Part shown: positions 35,166 through 48,713 of the stretch, piece by piece
Layout: every line of letters starts with the position of its first letter
Position numbering within the stretch: position 1 is the stretch's first letter
Source of the DNA: Leucoraja ocellata
Lineage: Eukaryota
Length of the DNA: 64,000 nt
Assembly: GCA_036785375.1 (NCBI GenBank)
Contig: JAWMAR010000044.1
Location: 1,550,001-1,614,000, forward strand
Direction of reading: 5' to 3'
Translations under genes and position numbers: made by a program
The notes under the pieces: model-generated
Told to the model about the DNA's origin: nothing
Seen by the model: the letters and a program-made list of their open reading frames with translations, nothing else
Databases searched by the model: none

Positions 35166-36687
35166 CTTTGTGATTATTTCTATTGAACTGATCAACTAGC
35201 CTGTGCGGGTTATTAGCAGGTTGAAACCTGTATCTGCTTAGCTGACAAGAGAGTGGTTTCATGGCTAAATACTTGTCTACTCCAGTGTGGTGGTTATGGT
35301 GAAACATTGAAATACTAATGCTAACAATTAACTGGCATCTTCTAGTTCAGTTATTTTCTTAAGAGCCTGTGATGCTATTAGAAATTGTCTCCTTGATCCT
35401 GGGCCAACATTCCTCCCACAAATTGTAACACCAAAGAAAGAACTCTTATACTCTATCATAAAATGTAGGCCGTACCTCAATATCCTAAACTTTGAGTTGC
35501 TAAATAATGGAAGGTGATGCTCAATAAAATGGGTTGCCTTTCTAAAGTGTCATTGTAGGTTAGGATATTTCACTGCATTGAAATGTAGATCGTTCCGAGC
35601 AGATGCTATATAAGTAAAAGTTTTAATAAGTTGTACTTCTCCAAAAGTCTGTGATTTTTTTCAAAATGAGTTTCTTTCCAATCTGGTCACTAAAACCAAA
35701 TCTAATAATATGTGTTCCCAGCACTACATCAGATACAGCTCTGAACTTCAAATCCCACGCGCAGTTCATCATAAAGGATTATTGTCCCTGCACTGTTGCA
35801 CAGGGATGTAGAATTATATCAGGAAATGAATGTGTCAGGTTACTGATCTCCCTCCTGTCTTGATGGTTGTGCTGTTGCCAATTTATATTCATTGTAGTCT
35901 GCTGACGAAGAAGTTGAGGTTTCAACAGCAATGGAAGAGCAGAGACCCAGTTCTCTGAGTTTGATGATAAATTTAGAGGGATTAATGGTGTTGAATGCCA
36001 ACCTGCAATCAAACACAACAGCCTGACGTACATGTTCATTTGTACAAGTGATCCAGTGCAGAGCGGAGAGCCATCAAGATCACAGTCACTATTCATCTGT
36101 TTTGGTGGTAAACTTGTAGTGGATCCAGGTCCTTACAAGGGCATAACAATGCACTCAAAGAACTTAATCACCATGGACATTAGTACCACTAGTTGGTAGT
36201 CATAGTCGCATGTCACCTTTCACCTTGTATTATGGATGTCCTTTTAATGCAGGAAGGGACCTCTGAACTTGTAAGCGAGAGTTTGAAAATGTCCACAAAA
36301 ACTCTAGCTAGTTGTTCTGTGCAGGTTTTAAGAATGCAGTTGGGTAAACTATCAGTGCTGTATACGTCCGGAGGGTTTAACAGCGAGGGTTTTTGGTGGG
36401 TGTCTGGAATGCGCTGCATGATGGTGGAGGCACATACGTCAGTGGCATTTAAAAGGCTTTTAGATAGGGACAGGGATATACGGGGAGTATGGATCACATG
36501 CAGGGAGGGGAGATTGGTAAACTTGTCATTGTGTACAGCACAGAGGCCTGGTCCTGTGCTGTACATTTCTATGTTCTATGCATTCTCTGAAGACTGGGAA
36601 GTATATTGCAATTCCGTTTTGTCCTTGTATTGGTCATTCGGTTTCTCCTGCCGTAGAAATATGACGCTAACTCTCTATTTCTCCCAG

Positions 36688-36899
36688 CCCTGCCACGGCC
36701 TCAACATTTTGCAAGGACTCCATGGTCTCACTGACTGCCTTTTACAATAACGGCGCCCTGCCCTGTACGTGCCACGAGGTGGGCGCAACAAGCACTTCCT
36801 GCCAACCCGTTGGAGGGCAATGCGACTGTCGACCCAATGTGATTGGCCGTGACTGCTCCCAATGCGCCATTGGCTACTATGGATTCCCCAACTGCAGAC
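36688..36899 (+). CDS. LAMA5: LAMA5 coding exon 12 (end of L4a, first LEb repeat)
   Basis: ctcccag| (N)[70 protein letters not shown] |gtaag; 212 nt, phase 2->1. Confidence 0.95.
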
Positions 36900-36929
36900 G
36901 TAAGAGTTGTTTGTGTTTTTTTTTACATT

Positions 36930-37400
36930 GAGTCGTAGAGTTTCACATTGTGGAAGCAGCCCTTCACCCTACTTGCCCACACCGACCAACATGTCCCATC
37001 TACACTAGTCCCACCTGCCTGCATTTGGTCTCTATCCCTCTAAACCTGTCCTATCCATGTACCCGTCTAATTACGTCTTGAACATTGCGATAGTACCAGC
37101 CTCAACTACCTCCTCTGGCAGCGCATTCCGTACACCCACTACCCTTTGCATGGAAAAAGTCACCCCTCAGATTCCCATAAAATCTTTCCCTCCTCGCCTT
37201 AAACATACGCCCTTTGGGTCTCGATTTCCACACTCTGGGCAAGAGACTCTGCTCGTCAACAATTTGTACAACTCCTTTGCTCAATTCCTTGGTCGATGAA
37301 GGCAAGCAGACACCTGCCTTTCTTACCACTATCAACATGTGGTGCTACTTTCAGGGAGTTTTGGGCTTGGACCACAAGATCCCTCTGTACCTTAGTCCTG
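36930..37400 (-). mobile_element. CR1/HER1-like LINE 3' fragment
   Basis: cccatctacactagtcccacctgcctgcatttgg..ggcaagagactctg. Confidence 0.8.
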
Positions 37401-37494
37401 TGCAGGCCCCATTCATTTATACTTCCCCCTACACCTGACCTTCCAATGTGTAGTATTTCCGATTTCACTCAATTAATCTCCATTTGTCATTTGA

Positions 37495-38140
37495 CCACCT
37501 CCTCCTGGGCCTCCTTAATGGCCAGAGTGAGGCCCACCGTAAATTGGAAGAGTAGCACCTCATATTTCACTTGGGTAGTTTACAACCCAGCCGTATGAAC
37601 ATTGACTTCTCCAATTTCAGGTAGTCCTTGCTTTCTCCCTCTTTCCCCTCCCCTTCCCGATGTTGGGGAAGTCCAGAACTAGGGGGTCACAGTTTAAGGA
37701 TAAGAGGGAAGTCTTTTAGGACCGAGATGAGAAAATCATTTTTTACACAGAGAGTGGTGAATCTGTGGAATTCTCTGCCACAGAAGGTAGCTGAGGCCAG
37801 TTCATTGGCTATATTTAAGAGGGAGTTAGATGTGGCCCTTGTGGCTAAAGGGATCAGGGGGTATGGAGAGAAGGCAGGAATGGGATACTGAGTTGGATGA
37901 TCAGCCATGATCATATCGAATGGCGGTGCAGGCTCGAAGGGCCGAATGGCCTACGCCTGCACCTATTTTCTATGTTTCTATGTTCTCCCACAGTCCACTG
38001 TCTCCACCTCTCCTTTCTTCTTCCCGCCCCCACAACCCCCACATCAGTCTGAAGAAGGGTCTCAACCCGAAACGTCACCTTTTCCTTCGCTCCATAGATA
38101 CTGCCTCACCCACTGAGTTTCTCCTGCATTTTAATCTACC
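37495..38140 (+). mobile_element. Penelope-like 3' end interrupted by a CR1 fragment (~37655-37983)
   Basis: aaattggaagagtagcacctcatatt..; CR1 GHSLRIRGKSFRTEMRKSFFTQRVVNLWNSLP with (tttctatg)n tail; hammerhead motif at 38049-38076. Confidence 0.85.
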
Positions 38141-38978
38141 TTCTTAAATATGTCCTGCTGTATGTTCCTTCACCACTCTGTCTACCTGTGTCATTGGTGT
38201 TTAGGGAGCTATGTACTTACATCCCAAGGTCTTGTTGTATTTGCACTGTATGTTCGGCCTTTGTTTATCTTTCCAAAATGCATCATTTTCACTTGTGTTT
38301 AATTCCATCAGCCATTCCTTTAATCACACATCCTGCTGTACCTTCCGACAACCTCCTTCAATGCCCACTACAGTTTTGACGTCATCTGGGTTTCTTAATT
38401 CTAAATTGAGTTTAGTTCAACCCCCACAGCCGGACACAAGGAATACAAATATTCTCAGCAGGTCAGGCAGCATCTTGTGGCGAGACAACCAGTTCACACC
38501 AGGTTAATGATCTGGTGAAGAGTCCCCAGTCTTGATACCGATTGTTTCTCTCTCCACTTTATTCAGAACACCACTATCTGTTGCTCCTTGCATCAACATT
38601 CGTTACAGATTCAACACAGTCGCCCAGAAGTCTGGCAATAGATTATTGTTCTACTAATTCTGTTGCACAGTCTCAACTAGCCAAAGGGAGCATATGTGAA
38701 GGGCCTATGAAGGGGTGGTGAGGATGGATGGCCCTACTCACACAAACAAACAAAGACAGTCTGCTACTTTTTGTTGAAACAAGGAACTGCAGATTCTGGT
38801 TTGCACACTTTGTCGTACACTCCTCTCTTCCAGCTTTCTTCCCCCCCCCTCCCCACACTTAACTCAGCCTGAAGAAGGGTCCCATCCAGACGTCACCTGT
38901 CCAGAGGTGCTGCCAGAGCTGCTGAGCTACTCCAGCACGTTGTCTTTTTTATTGCTAATCGATGTTGTTCCTCCTCAG

Positions 38979-39183
38979 CGTGTGAGTGCGGCAGGCGTTT
39001 ATGTGAAGAGGTCACGGGTCACTGCATTTGCCCCCCACGCACGGTGCGCCCAGAGTGCATCACCTGTGAACCACGGGCGTTTGGTTGCCACCCGCTGATA
39101 GGATGCGAGGAATGCAACTGCTCCTACCCGGGCATAGAAGACACGGCCAGACCGGAGTGTAACACCGAGAGCGGCCAGTGCAG
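38979..39183 (+). CDS. LAMA5: LAMA5 coding exon 13 (LEb)
   Basis: cctcag| (P)[67 protein letters not shown] |gtgag; 205 nt, phase 1->2. Confidence 0.95.
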
Positions 39184-39234
39184 GTGAGCCGGGTGATTGA
39201 AAGATTCTTGGTGAGAAAGTCTGTAGTGATTCCA

Positions 39235-39511
39235 CGCGGATACATCTTTGGCGCACCAAGTCCGCGCTGACCAGCAATTGCCCCGTACATTAGCACTATC
39301 CTGCACGCTAGAGACAATTCACTACTTTGCTGATACCAATTAACCTACAAACCTGTATGTCTTTTAAGCGAAGGAGGAAACCGGAGCACACCGACAAAAG
39401 CCACGTGGTCATGGGGAGAATGTACAAACTCCATACAGACAGTATCCGTAGACAGGATCACACCCGTGTCTCTGTAGCTGTGAGGCAGCAACTCTACCAT
39501 CGTGCCACCCC
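39235..39511 (-). mobile_element. HE1-like V-SINE
   Basis: cattagcactatcct..ccaattaacctacaaacctg..ggcagcaactctaccatcgtgccacc. Confidence 0.78.
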
Positions 39512-39944
39512 TCAGGGCATCAAAGGTTATGGGGAGAAGGCAGGAGAACAGGGTTGAGAGGGAAAATTTGATCAGCCAGGATTGAATGGCAGAATGGATT
39601 TGATGGGCCAAATGGCCTAATTATGCTCCTATGACATGAAGCCCGTCACAGCAGATGCTGTTGATATCTCATCCAGTGAAGCTGCACAACACCAGGAATG
39701 TAGCAGCTTCTTGTCAAGATTCCTGAGCAACTTTATTATTTCTGCGGTTTTGTTTGAGGTTTAACTAATCCATCTCAGTCAATCAGATGTTATCAAGAGC
39801 CAGCACTGTTTGGCAGCAAGCTATGCGAGATGTAATGCAACTATGGTTGGGGCACGTTTTGTTATGTCCACAGAGAGAAACGAGGTGTGCATATCTTTTT
39901 TTGCGTGCAGTCTCTGCTGTAACAAAAAAGAATGAAATAGTATA

Positions 39945-40290
39945 AAATCATTGAGTCTTACAGCGTGGAAACAGGCCCTTCGGCCCAACTTGCCTACACC
40001 AACCAACATGCCCCATCCACATTAGTCCAACCTGCCTGCGTTTTGCCCATATCCCTCTAAACCTGTCCTATCCATGTCTCTGTCTAAATGTTTCTTAACT
40101 GTTGCGATAGATCATTCCTCAAATACCTCCTCCGGCAACTTGTTCCATGCACCCACCACCATTTGTGTAAAGATGTTACCCCTCAGATTTTTACTAAATC
40201 TCTCCCCCCTCACCATAAACCTATTTGGTTCTCATTTCCCCATCTCTTGGCAAGAGACTCTGTGCGTCTGCCCGATCTATTCCTCTCAAT
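39945..40290 (-). mobile_element. CR1/HER1-like LINE 3' fragment
   Basis: cagcgtggaaacaggcccttcggcccaac..gatctattcctctca. Confidence 0.8.
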
Positions 40291-40459
40291 GGAATGACAC
40301 ATATATTTCTGGGGTTTTGGTTGGGTACTGTTGTTTGTGGGAATGAGGTATTTAATAGTTTTAGTCCTTGCAAATTCAACTTATTTGCAGCGTTAAAAAG
40401 GTCCTTGCATTTTGTGCTGCTGGACATCACGAGGTGGGACTGGCCTCAACTTTCAATCT

Positions 40460-41420
40460 TAGTTTATTGTTGTCACGTGTGACGGGGTACAGTGAAAAGC
40501 TTTTGGTAACGTGCTATCCCTTCGGCAAAAGGACTATACATGATTACAATCAAACCGAGCCCCGTGTACAGATGCAGGATAAAGGGAATAATGTTTAGTG
40601 CAAGATAACATTCAGTGAATTCCGATTTGAAGATAGTTCAAAGCTCTCTATCGGGATAGATGGGAGGCTGCTCTCCAGTTGGTGATAGGACGGTTCAATT
40701 GCCAGAAACCAGCTCATCTTGGTACCCACTTGTCTGATGCTGATAACAAGGGTCTGGGTCTGAGTTAGATGCAGCAAATCGACCTTTGTTCAGTTTAGTT
40801 TATTGTCACATGTACCGAGGTAGAGTGAAAAACCTTCATTGCATGCTAACCAGTCAGCGGAAAGACAATACATGATTACAATTGAGCCATTCACTGTGTA
40901 CATATGCATGATAAAGCGAATAGCATTTAGGGCAAGATAAAAGTCCAGTAATGTCCGATTTAAAGATAGTCCAAGGGTTTCCAATGAGGTATATAGTTGC
41001 TCAGGACCGCTCTCTAGTTGGTGATAGGATGGTTCAGTTGTCTGACAACAACTGGAAAGAAACTGTCTCTGAATCTGGAGGGGTGCGTTTTTCCACTTCT
41101 ATACCTCTGGCCTGATGGGAGAGGGGAGAAGAGGGAGTGGCTGGGCTGCAACTTTTCCTTGATTATGCTGCTGGCCTTGCTGAGGCAGCGTGAGGTATAA
41201 ATGGAGTCAATGGAACTCCAGTGGAAGTCAAGGTTGGTTTGTGTGATGGTCTGGGCTGCGTCCACATTTCTCTGCAATTTCTTACAGTCTTGGATGGAGC
41301 TGTTCCCAAACCGTACTGTGATGCATCCCGCCCGATAAAATGCTTTCTAGGGCGCGTCTGTAGAAGTTGGTGAGAGTTATTGGGGACTTGCCAGACTTCC
41401 TAAACCATCTAAGGGCGCTT
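40460..41420 (-). mobile_element. Rex1-like LINE 3' fragments (two tails)
   Basis: tttattgtcacatgtaccgagg..; LTNFYRRALESILSG; SLFSPLPSGQRYRS..SRFRDSFFP. Confidence 0.78.
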
Positions 41421-41881
41421 ATACAGTGGATTCCCAGTGACTGCATGAGGTCCATGTGTGTTGCAGATTGACGAGCCACTCTCACCTTAACTTCCCCATC
41501 TAGTCCCGGTCAAAATGTTTAAGCATTCGGTATCTGCTGTGTTTTCACCAGGAGCTGCCCACGCAGGTCTTTTATGTATTGAGCTGTTATTCTCTCTTGA
41601 GGAGATAACATCAGGTGGTGGAATTAACAAAGTCAAAACATGAGTTGCATAATCGTACTATACCCACGCTCGTCATTCATTTGTGTTCAACAGAACAAGG
41701 GTAACTAGTAAAGCAGTGGTCATATTGTACAGCACTAGCATAGTTTATTTACTGAGTAGTGAAATGTGGACACTGGCTGGAATTGCACCACTTCATGGGG
41801 ATCAGAAAGGTTTAATAGCGGCTCATCTTGCAGATGTGGCCTTGACCTTGTTGTCAATGGCGGGGACATGGAGCGAACATT

Positions 41882-42085
41882 GGCATATGGCACTACGAGC
41901 TGCTAACTCACAGTGCCACAGACCCGGGTTCAATCCTGGCCTCTGGTGCTGTCTGTGTGGGAGTTTGCACATTCTCCCTTTGGCCGCATGGGTTTCCTCC
42001 GGGTATTCCGGCTTCTTTCCACATCCTAACGACTCACAGGTTTGCAGGTTATTTGGCCTCTAGAAATTGCCCCTAGCAAGGAGTG
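41882..42085 (+). mobile_element. HE1-like V-SINE (older, partial)
   Basis: gacccgggttcaatcctg..ggagtttgcacattctccc..gggtttcctccggg. Confidence 0.7.
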
Positions 42086-42670
42086 TGTATGCCACACCAT
42101 TCACACAAGTTCTATGTGGGTCTAATATAATGCTAATAAATTACCATAAATTATAGGGCCGGAATTAGGCCATTCAGCCCATCAAGTCTACTCCGCCATT
42201 CAATCATGGCTGATCTATCTTTCCCTCTCAACTCCATTCACCTGCCTTCTCCCCATGACCCCTGACATCCTTACTAATCAAGAATTTATCAATCTCCGCA
42301 ACAAAAATATCCATTGACTTGGCCTCCACAGCCTTCTAGCATTATAGTGATGAATTCCAGTTCAGATATTGCTTGGAGACTTGGCATTTATGGTGGTCAG
42401 ATGAGGGAAAGATCAGGACTTCAGACCTGGCTTCTTGATCTCAGTCCACTGCCCTTCGCTGTGCCCCCAGATGTGTTTCTGGATGGTGTGGTAGCCCAAC
42501 TGTTTGTTCTGCCACCTCTCAACTCCAGAGAACTGCCCCAGCACGAGACACGCCAGAGTAAGTGTTGGAAGGAACACGCCATCTCACAGACCACCCCACC
42601 GTCTGCCCCGCCAGACATCTCCTGCTCCACCTGTGGACCTCCTCTGACAGATGCTTGCTTTCCTGTACAG

Positions 42671-42815
42671 GTGCAAGCCCTACGTAGCCGGACGCCAGTG
42701 TGATCGCTGTACTCCGGGATACTACCGCTACCCAGACTGCGTGCCGTGTGACTGTAACAAAAACGGAACGGAAGCCAGCATTTGTGACTCGCACACCGGC
42801 CGGTGCCAATGCAAG
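42671..42815 (+). CDS. LAMA5: LAMA5 coding exon 14 (LEb)
   Basis: gtacag| (R)CKPYVAGRQCDRCTPGYYRYPDCVPCDCNKNGTEASICDSHTGRCQCK |gtcaga; 145 nt, phase 2->0. Confidence 0.95.
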
Positions 42816-43744
42816 GTCAGATCATCGATCCAAGCAGAGCCCCTCGAGTTAAACGTGCAAAATAATCATCGTTTAAAAAAACATCCCAATCAACAATATA
42901 CTTTTGACCATATTTGAACTTGATATATTCCAGCATTCAACAATTGATTGAACTAACAAGATACCTTCTGAAGTAGATTGGAAAAACATCAAATTAACTA
43001 AAAATTGTCGATCACACTATTAGTACAGAATGCCGAGGAGTCAGACTCACTGAGGCACATGTCAGGATTTGCTTACATCCGCTGGAAGATTTAAGACACG
43101 GTGATGAATATATTTTAGTTTTGTTCCTCCAGTATAACTTTTAAGGGCAAGAGCTTCTCTCTGAAATTGGGGCCAGAGATTATCGTCCAGTTCGCAGCAC
43201 GGAGGGTTAACGATGGAACCAGACGTGAAAGGCAGATCTGGTCTGAATGAAAGCTTGGTGTCTGCACCAAAATAGACCAACTCCTCTGCAGCACTGATAT
43301 CCTTCTTGTTTGAAGGTGGCAATGAGAGGAAGCCAAGCCTTCTGCAGGGCCGTACCCATTGACCATCTCTTCTTTGATGTACCCTCCATGAATTGTCTTC
43401 ACCTGACGTTCCTTCATAAACGCTCATATTGGGGCAAAAATGGAAGCGTGCGTGTAAGTGTTTTATGAAGCAATTCTTGCCCATGAACCTAGCTTTGAGT
43501 TGATCAATTACTTCACTTAATGCCATGTAAGACCAATGTTATGGTTTCTATCAGGCAGGTGTTAAAAAACAGTCAAGTCACTCATTTCTTTATGAACATG
43601 TAGAATCATTACACTATTGTCTAAACAAAGACCCACCATTCCACCCAACTTCTCTTCATGCAACTGCTTGGTCCTGAGCTATGTGATCCCAATAACCAAA
43701 ATCTTTTGAGAGATTATCAAAAATCAGTGTAGAAATCCCCTAGT

Positions 43745-44560
43745 TGCAACAGAGACAGAGCCCCCTAGTCCTCACCTTCCACCCCATCAGCCGTTGCATA
43801 CAACACATAATCCTCCGAAATTTCTGCCAACCACCTCCAACGGGATTCTACCACCACTAGCCACAATTTCCCATCTCCACCCTTTCCGCCTTCCGCAGAC
43901 ACCGTTCCCCCCCGCAACTCCCTGGTTAACTCATCCCTTCCCACCCAAACCACCCCAACCCCAGGTACCTTCTCCTGCAACAGCAGAAGATGCGACCCCT
44001 ATCCCTATACCTCCTCCCTCAACTCTGTCCAGGGACCCCAACAGCCCTTTCATGTTGGGCAGAGGTTCACTTGCACCCCCTCCAACCTCATGTACTGTAT
44101 CAGTTGTTCAAGATGTGGACTTGTCTACATCGGCGAGACCAAACGTAAACTGGGCGATTGTTTTGTGGAACACCTTCGCTCAGCCTGCTTGAACCTACCT
44201 GATCTACGGACACTTTAATTCTCCTTCCCATTCCAACACAGACCTTTCTGTCCTAAGTCTCCTCCATTGTCAGAATAATGCTAAATACAAATTGGAGGAA
44301 CAGCATCTCATATTTCGCTTGGCCAGCTTTTTTCACCCAACAAACAGCTTACAATGGCCTGTTTCCTTTATCATCGTTACTTGTTTACATACCTTTCATT
44401 CATTGTTCTTTATCTGTCCACATCACCGTCTATATCCCTCGTTTCCCTTATCCCTAACCAGACTGAAGAAGGGCCTCGACCTGAAACATCACCCATTCCT
44501 TTTTTCACCAGAGATGCTGCCTGTCCCATTGAGTTACCAGCATTTTGTGCCATCTTTGGT
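43745..44560 (+). mobile_element. Penelope-like 3' fragment (GIY-YIG + terminal repeat)
   Basis: PLVLTFHPIS..; FTCTPSNLMYCISCSRCGLVYIGETKRKLGD; ctgaagaagggcctcgacctgaaacatc at 44463. Confidence 0.85.
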
Positions 44561-45323
44561 TGAAATCTGAAGACTGCATGAGGGGAGTGGGGTGGGGGAG
44601 TAAATGGCCAATTCATCTCCCATTCCCTGGAGGGACTGTGTCTAGGACCAGGAATATTTTTATATGTAATGGAGCTTTAATTGTCATGTACTGAGTGACA
44701 GTGAAATTCATTATTGTACACAGTTCAGTCCCAATATCACTATGTATAGGCACTTGGTGCATCTTAGATAAACATCTTGGGTACAGTGCAAGTGTATATT
44801 TTGCTGTAGTACACCAAGTCAGTAAACAGAGTCGCCAGATTTGGTGGCATTTTCAAGTCCCAGTTGTTGTAAGTGCAGGGTTGTTAGCCTGACCATCAAA
44901 GCCCGTTGTCCTGGTGGTGTTGGCCAAGCGTAGCTGCGGTGTCCTCCACCACTCAGGCCGCGTACCGTCCACGTGCTTGGCCTCTGGGAGCGGCGCTCAG
45001 TCCAGCCGAGCCCCAGGCTGTTCCAGGGCCCCCAGCGGCCCACTCCACCATTGATTCCATGGACTCCCTCCCTCCCTCCCTCCTGCAGCCGGTCTGCGTA
45101 CCGGCCCTCTGACTGACTCCTTCCACTCTGGGTGGGTTCCCGGTCCGTGGCACAGGTCGTCGGTCCACGGAGGGCGAGTGGGGCCTGCTGGTGGGTCTGG
45201 TCACGGCTTGCCGGGATACTCCTGCCGCGCGGGTCTAACCCCGATCGACGTTAATGGCTGCCCCCTCTGGGACGAGTTGAGCAGTCTCCTCTGATTTCTT
45301 CCCCGGATTTGTCTGTTTCCCAG

Positions 45324-45464
45324 GAAAACGTGAAAGGCGCACGGTGTGACGACTGCCGTCTAGGAACCTTTTACCTGGATCGAACCAATCCCAAAGGCTG
45401 CACCAGCTGCTTCTGCTTCGGAGCCACCGATCGCTGCCAGATCTCCACCAAGTGGAGGGCCGCG
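45324..45464 (+). CDS. LAMA5: LAMA5 coding exon 15 (LEb)
   Basis: ttcccag| [47 protein letters not shown] |gtaagt; 141 nt, phase 0->0. Confidence 0.95.
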
Positions 45465-45644
45465 GTAAGTCACGCGTTGTCACCGGGACACTAAATCCTC
45501 CACAGTTTTGCTTCCAGCATTGCAGTTTCACCAAGGTCATCTGTTATGGGTTAGACCTGTTGGCACAGATGCGCCGTTATAAAATGTGACAGAATCCTTT
45601 TTGAAGTGAGTTTTGGGCAAAAATCCAGAATCGGTTGAATTCCG

Positions 45645-45887
45645 TTTTTTAGTTTAGTTTAGAGATACGGCGCGGAAACACGCCCTTCGGCCCACCAAGT
45701 CCACGCCATTCAGTGATCCCAGCGCATTAACACTACCCTACACACACTAGGGACAATTTACAATCATACCAAGCAAATTAGTCAACAAACCTGTGCGTCT
45801 TTGGAATGTGGGAGGAAACTGCAGATCCCAGAGAAAATCCACACAGGTCACGGTGGGTGAGTACAAACTCCGTACAGACAGCACCCT
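45645..45887 (-). mobile_element. HE1-like V-SINE (5'-truncated)
   Basis: tttagtttagagatacggcgcggaaac..caaactccgtacagacagcacc. Confidence 0.78.
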
Positions 45888-46264
45888 AAACGGTGTGTAA
45901 TCGGTGTGGGAATTTATTTTCTAATTTTGTGCTTATTGTCCAAACTTGTGTAATCTTCAATTATAAAGTATCTCCCTTGGCTTTATATTTCTTCACTGAC
46001 CTGCCAGTTTATCGTGATATCAGAATAACTTAGTCCAGGAGGTGATACAGCAAGCAAGCCGATGCTGGTTGTTTGTTGCAGAATTTACTACAGGCTCCTG
46101 CCCTCTCTCCGTACCCCTGCTATTTTGGTTTTCATCGTTGGAGCATTTTTTCAGACAGTGCATTCCATATCGTAAGAGCATTAATGTTAGGAGCAGGAAA
46201 GGCCTGCATGACACTTTGAGCCATTCATCAGCCATTGATCGCTACAAGATCAACCATTCATTAA

Positions 46265-46745
46265 GATGATGTCAAGCTGGAAAGGGTGCTGAGAAGATTT
46301 ACCAGGATGTTGCTTGGACTTGAGGCTATGAGCTATGGGGAGAGGTTGAGCCGGCTGGAACCCTCTTCCTTGGAGCACAGGAGGATGAGGGGTGATCTTA
46401 TCGAGGCATATAAAAGTGTGAGTGGAATAGATCGGGTAGATGCACAGTCTCTTGCCCAGAGTAGTGGAATTGAGAACCAGAGGACATAGGTTTAAGGTGA
46501 AGGAGGAAAGATTTAATAGAAATCTGAGGTGTGACTATTTCACACAAAGGGTGGTGGGTGTATTGAACAAGCTGCCAAAGGGGGTAGTTGAGGCAGGTAT
46601 TATCGCAACGTTTAAGAAACAGACAGGTACATGGGTAGGACAGGTTTAGAGGGAGATGGGTCAAACGCAGGCAGGTTGGACTAGTGTAGAATGGACATGT
46701 TGGCAAGTTAGGCTTGAGGATCTGTTTCCATGCTGCGACTCTATC
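46265..46745 (+). mobile_element. CR1/HER1-like LINE 3' fragment
   Basis: RRFTRMLLGLEAMSYGERLSRL..RRMRGDLIEAYK..RTRGHRFKVK. Confidence 0.85.
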
Positions 46746-47239
46746 ATGGTTGACCTCGTACAATGCAGTGCAATTTTCCTGCACTATTCTCATATCCTTT
46801 AATTCCCTTTAATATCCCCAAATCTATGCATTTTTATTTTGTATGATCTCAACATTTGAGCCACTACACCTTTATTAATGGAGGCTCACTGCCCCCTTCC
46901 CCAGTGAAGAAGTTTCCCCTCATCTCATTCCGTAGCACCCTATTCTGTATTCTTTCTAGACTCCCCCGCCAGGCAGAAACCTCCTCCCTCCATCCGGCCT
47001 GCCAAACCCTGTGAGAAATCTGTAAGTTTCATTGAAATATCCTCCCATTCTTCTGAACACTGGCCTTATCGACTCATCTCTTCTCATCTGGCAAACCTAC
47101 CGACCCCTGAACCAGTTTACGAACTCTTCACTGCACTCCTGTAAATCAAATATATCCGCCCTGAGTTAAGGAGACAAACTGTACACAGTGCTCCAGGTGC
47201 AATCGTCATCTCACCGAGGCAATGTGACTTTATTACTTT

Positions 47240-47562
47240 TAGTTTTTCAGCAAAGTTTAGAGATACAGCGTGGAAACTGGCCCTTCGGCCCACCAAGTCT
47301 GCGCTGATCAGCGGTCGGTTCCTGGCTACTGACACTATCCTATATACAATAGAGACAATTTACAATTTTTTACCAAGTCAATTTGCCTACAAACCTGTAC
47401 ATCTTTGGAGTGTGGGAGGAAACCGAAGCTCCCGGAGAAAACCCAAGCAAGTCATGGGGAGAACGTACAAACTCCGTACAGTCAGCACCCCGAGTCAGGA
47501 TCGAACCCGGGTCTCTGCCGCTCTAAGGCAGCAACTCTATCGCTGCACCACCGTGCCACCCT
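47240..47562 (-). mobile_element. HE1-like V-SINE
   Basis: agagatacagcgtggaaac..caggatcgaacccggg..caccaccgtgcc. Confidence 0.8.
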
Positions 47563-48399
47563 ATACTTCTGTAATAAAGGCCATTGTATAATTTGCCCTC
47601 ATATTTGCTTGCTGCACCTTGCTTGTAGCCCTCAATGATAAGCAGGCCCAGGTCCCTTTGAAGATCAACACTACCCGACCTCCACCATTTAACAAAGACT
47701 TGGCTTCCCTGTTGAGTCCATTCATGTGCATTTTCCCACATTACATTCTATCTGCCATGTTCTCACCCCACACTCAGCTTTTCTAAATCCCTGAAAAGCT
47801 TTCACGTCCTCTTCCATAATCATAATTCCATTAGTTTAATACCATCAGCATACCCTGTACATGAAATTCAATCACTTCACTCGCCATTTAAAAAGTACCC
47901 TGTTCGCCTGCTTCATGCACTTATTTCCCACATTAAATACTCGCGTTTACATCACAGTTCCTGCTGGGTTTTGTTTTATTCTTTATGTGACGTCCCCACT
48001 CATTGTCTCCACCGCCTTTCAGTAAGGTTATGCTTGAGGGTGATTTCCTGTTACTACAATGAAGGTGCTGAACTAACTCAACGTGTCAGGCAGCATCTGT
48101 GGAGGGAATGAGTAGGTGATGTTTCAGGTCGGGACCCTTCTTCAGACTGATAATTGGTTTCCACAGGATATACTATTTTGTGAACTGCTGTAAACAAATG
48201 AGGTTTACAAATTCCAGGGATGGCCTAGCCCAGGCATAAATGAAGCTTTTGGGCACAAAGCTTTATGGTTTCTGACAATGTAGGAGTTGATAGCGATTGA
48301 AATTCTTCCCAAAAGCGGTGATTCAATGGCAGCTAAATTTCAGAATGCAAACTTTCTTTGAAACATTAAGCCACTTCAACTTTGGGAAACTCTCATGTC

Positions 48400-48690
48400 A
48401 AAAGGAATAGGTGTAGAATTAGGCCATTCGGCCCATCCAGTCTACTCTGCCATTCAACCATGGCTGATCTATCTCTTCCTCCTGCCTTCTACCCATAACC
48501 TCTAACACCTGCACTAATCAAGAATACATCTATCTCTGCCTTAAAAATATCCACAGACTTGGCCTTCTGTGGCAAAGAATTCCACACATTCACCACCCTC
48601 TGACTAAATAAATTTCTCCTCATTTCCTTCGTAAAAAAAATGTCCTGTAATTCTGAGGCTATGACCTCTAGGCCTAGACATCCTCTCATC
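48400..48690 (-). mobile_element. CR1-like 3' fragment abutting the exon 16 acceptor
   Basis: aggccattcggcccatc..EMRRNLFSQRVVNVWNSLPQKA. Confidence 0.8.
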
Positions 48691-48713
48691 CCATTCAATT
48701 TTTTTTCTTTCAG

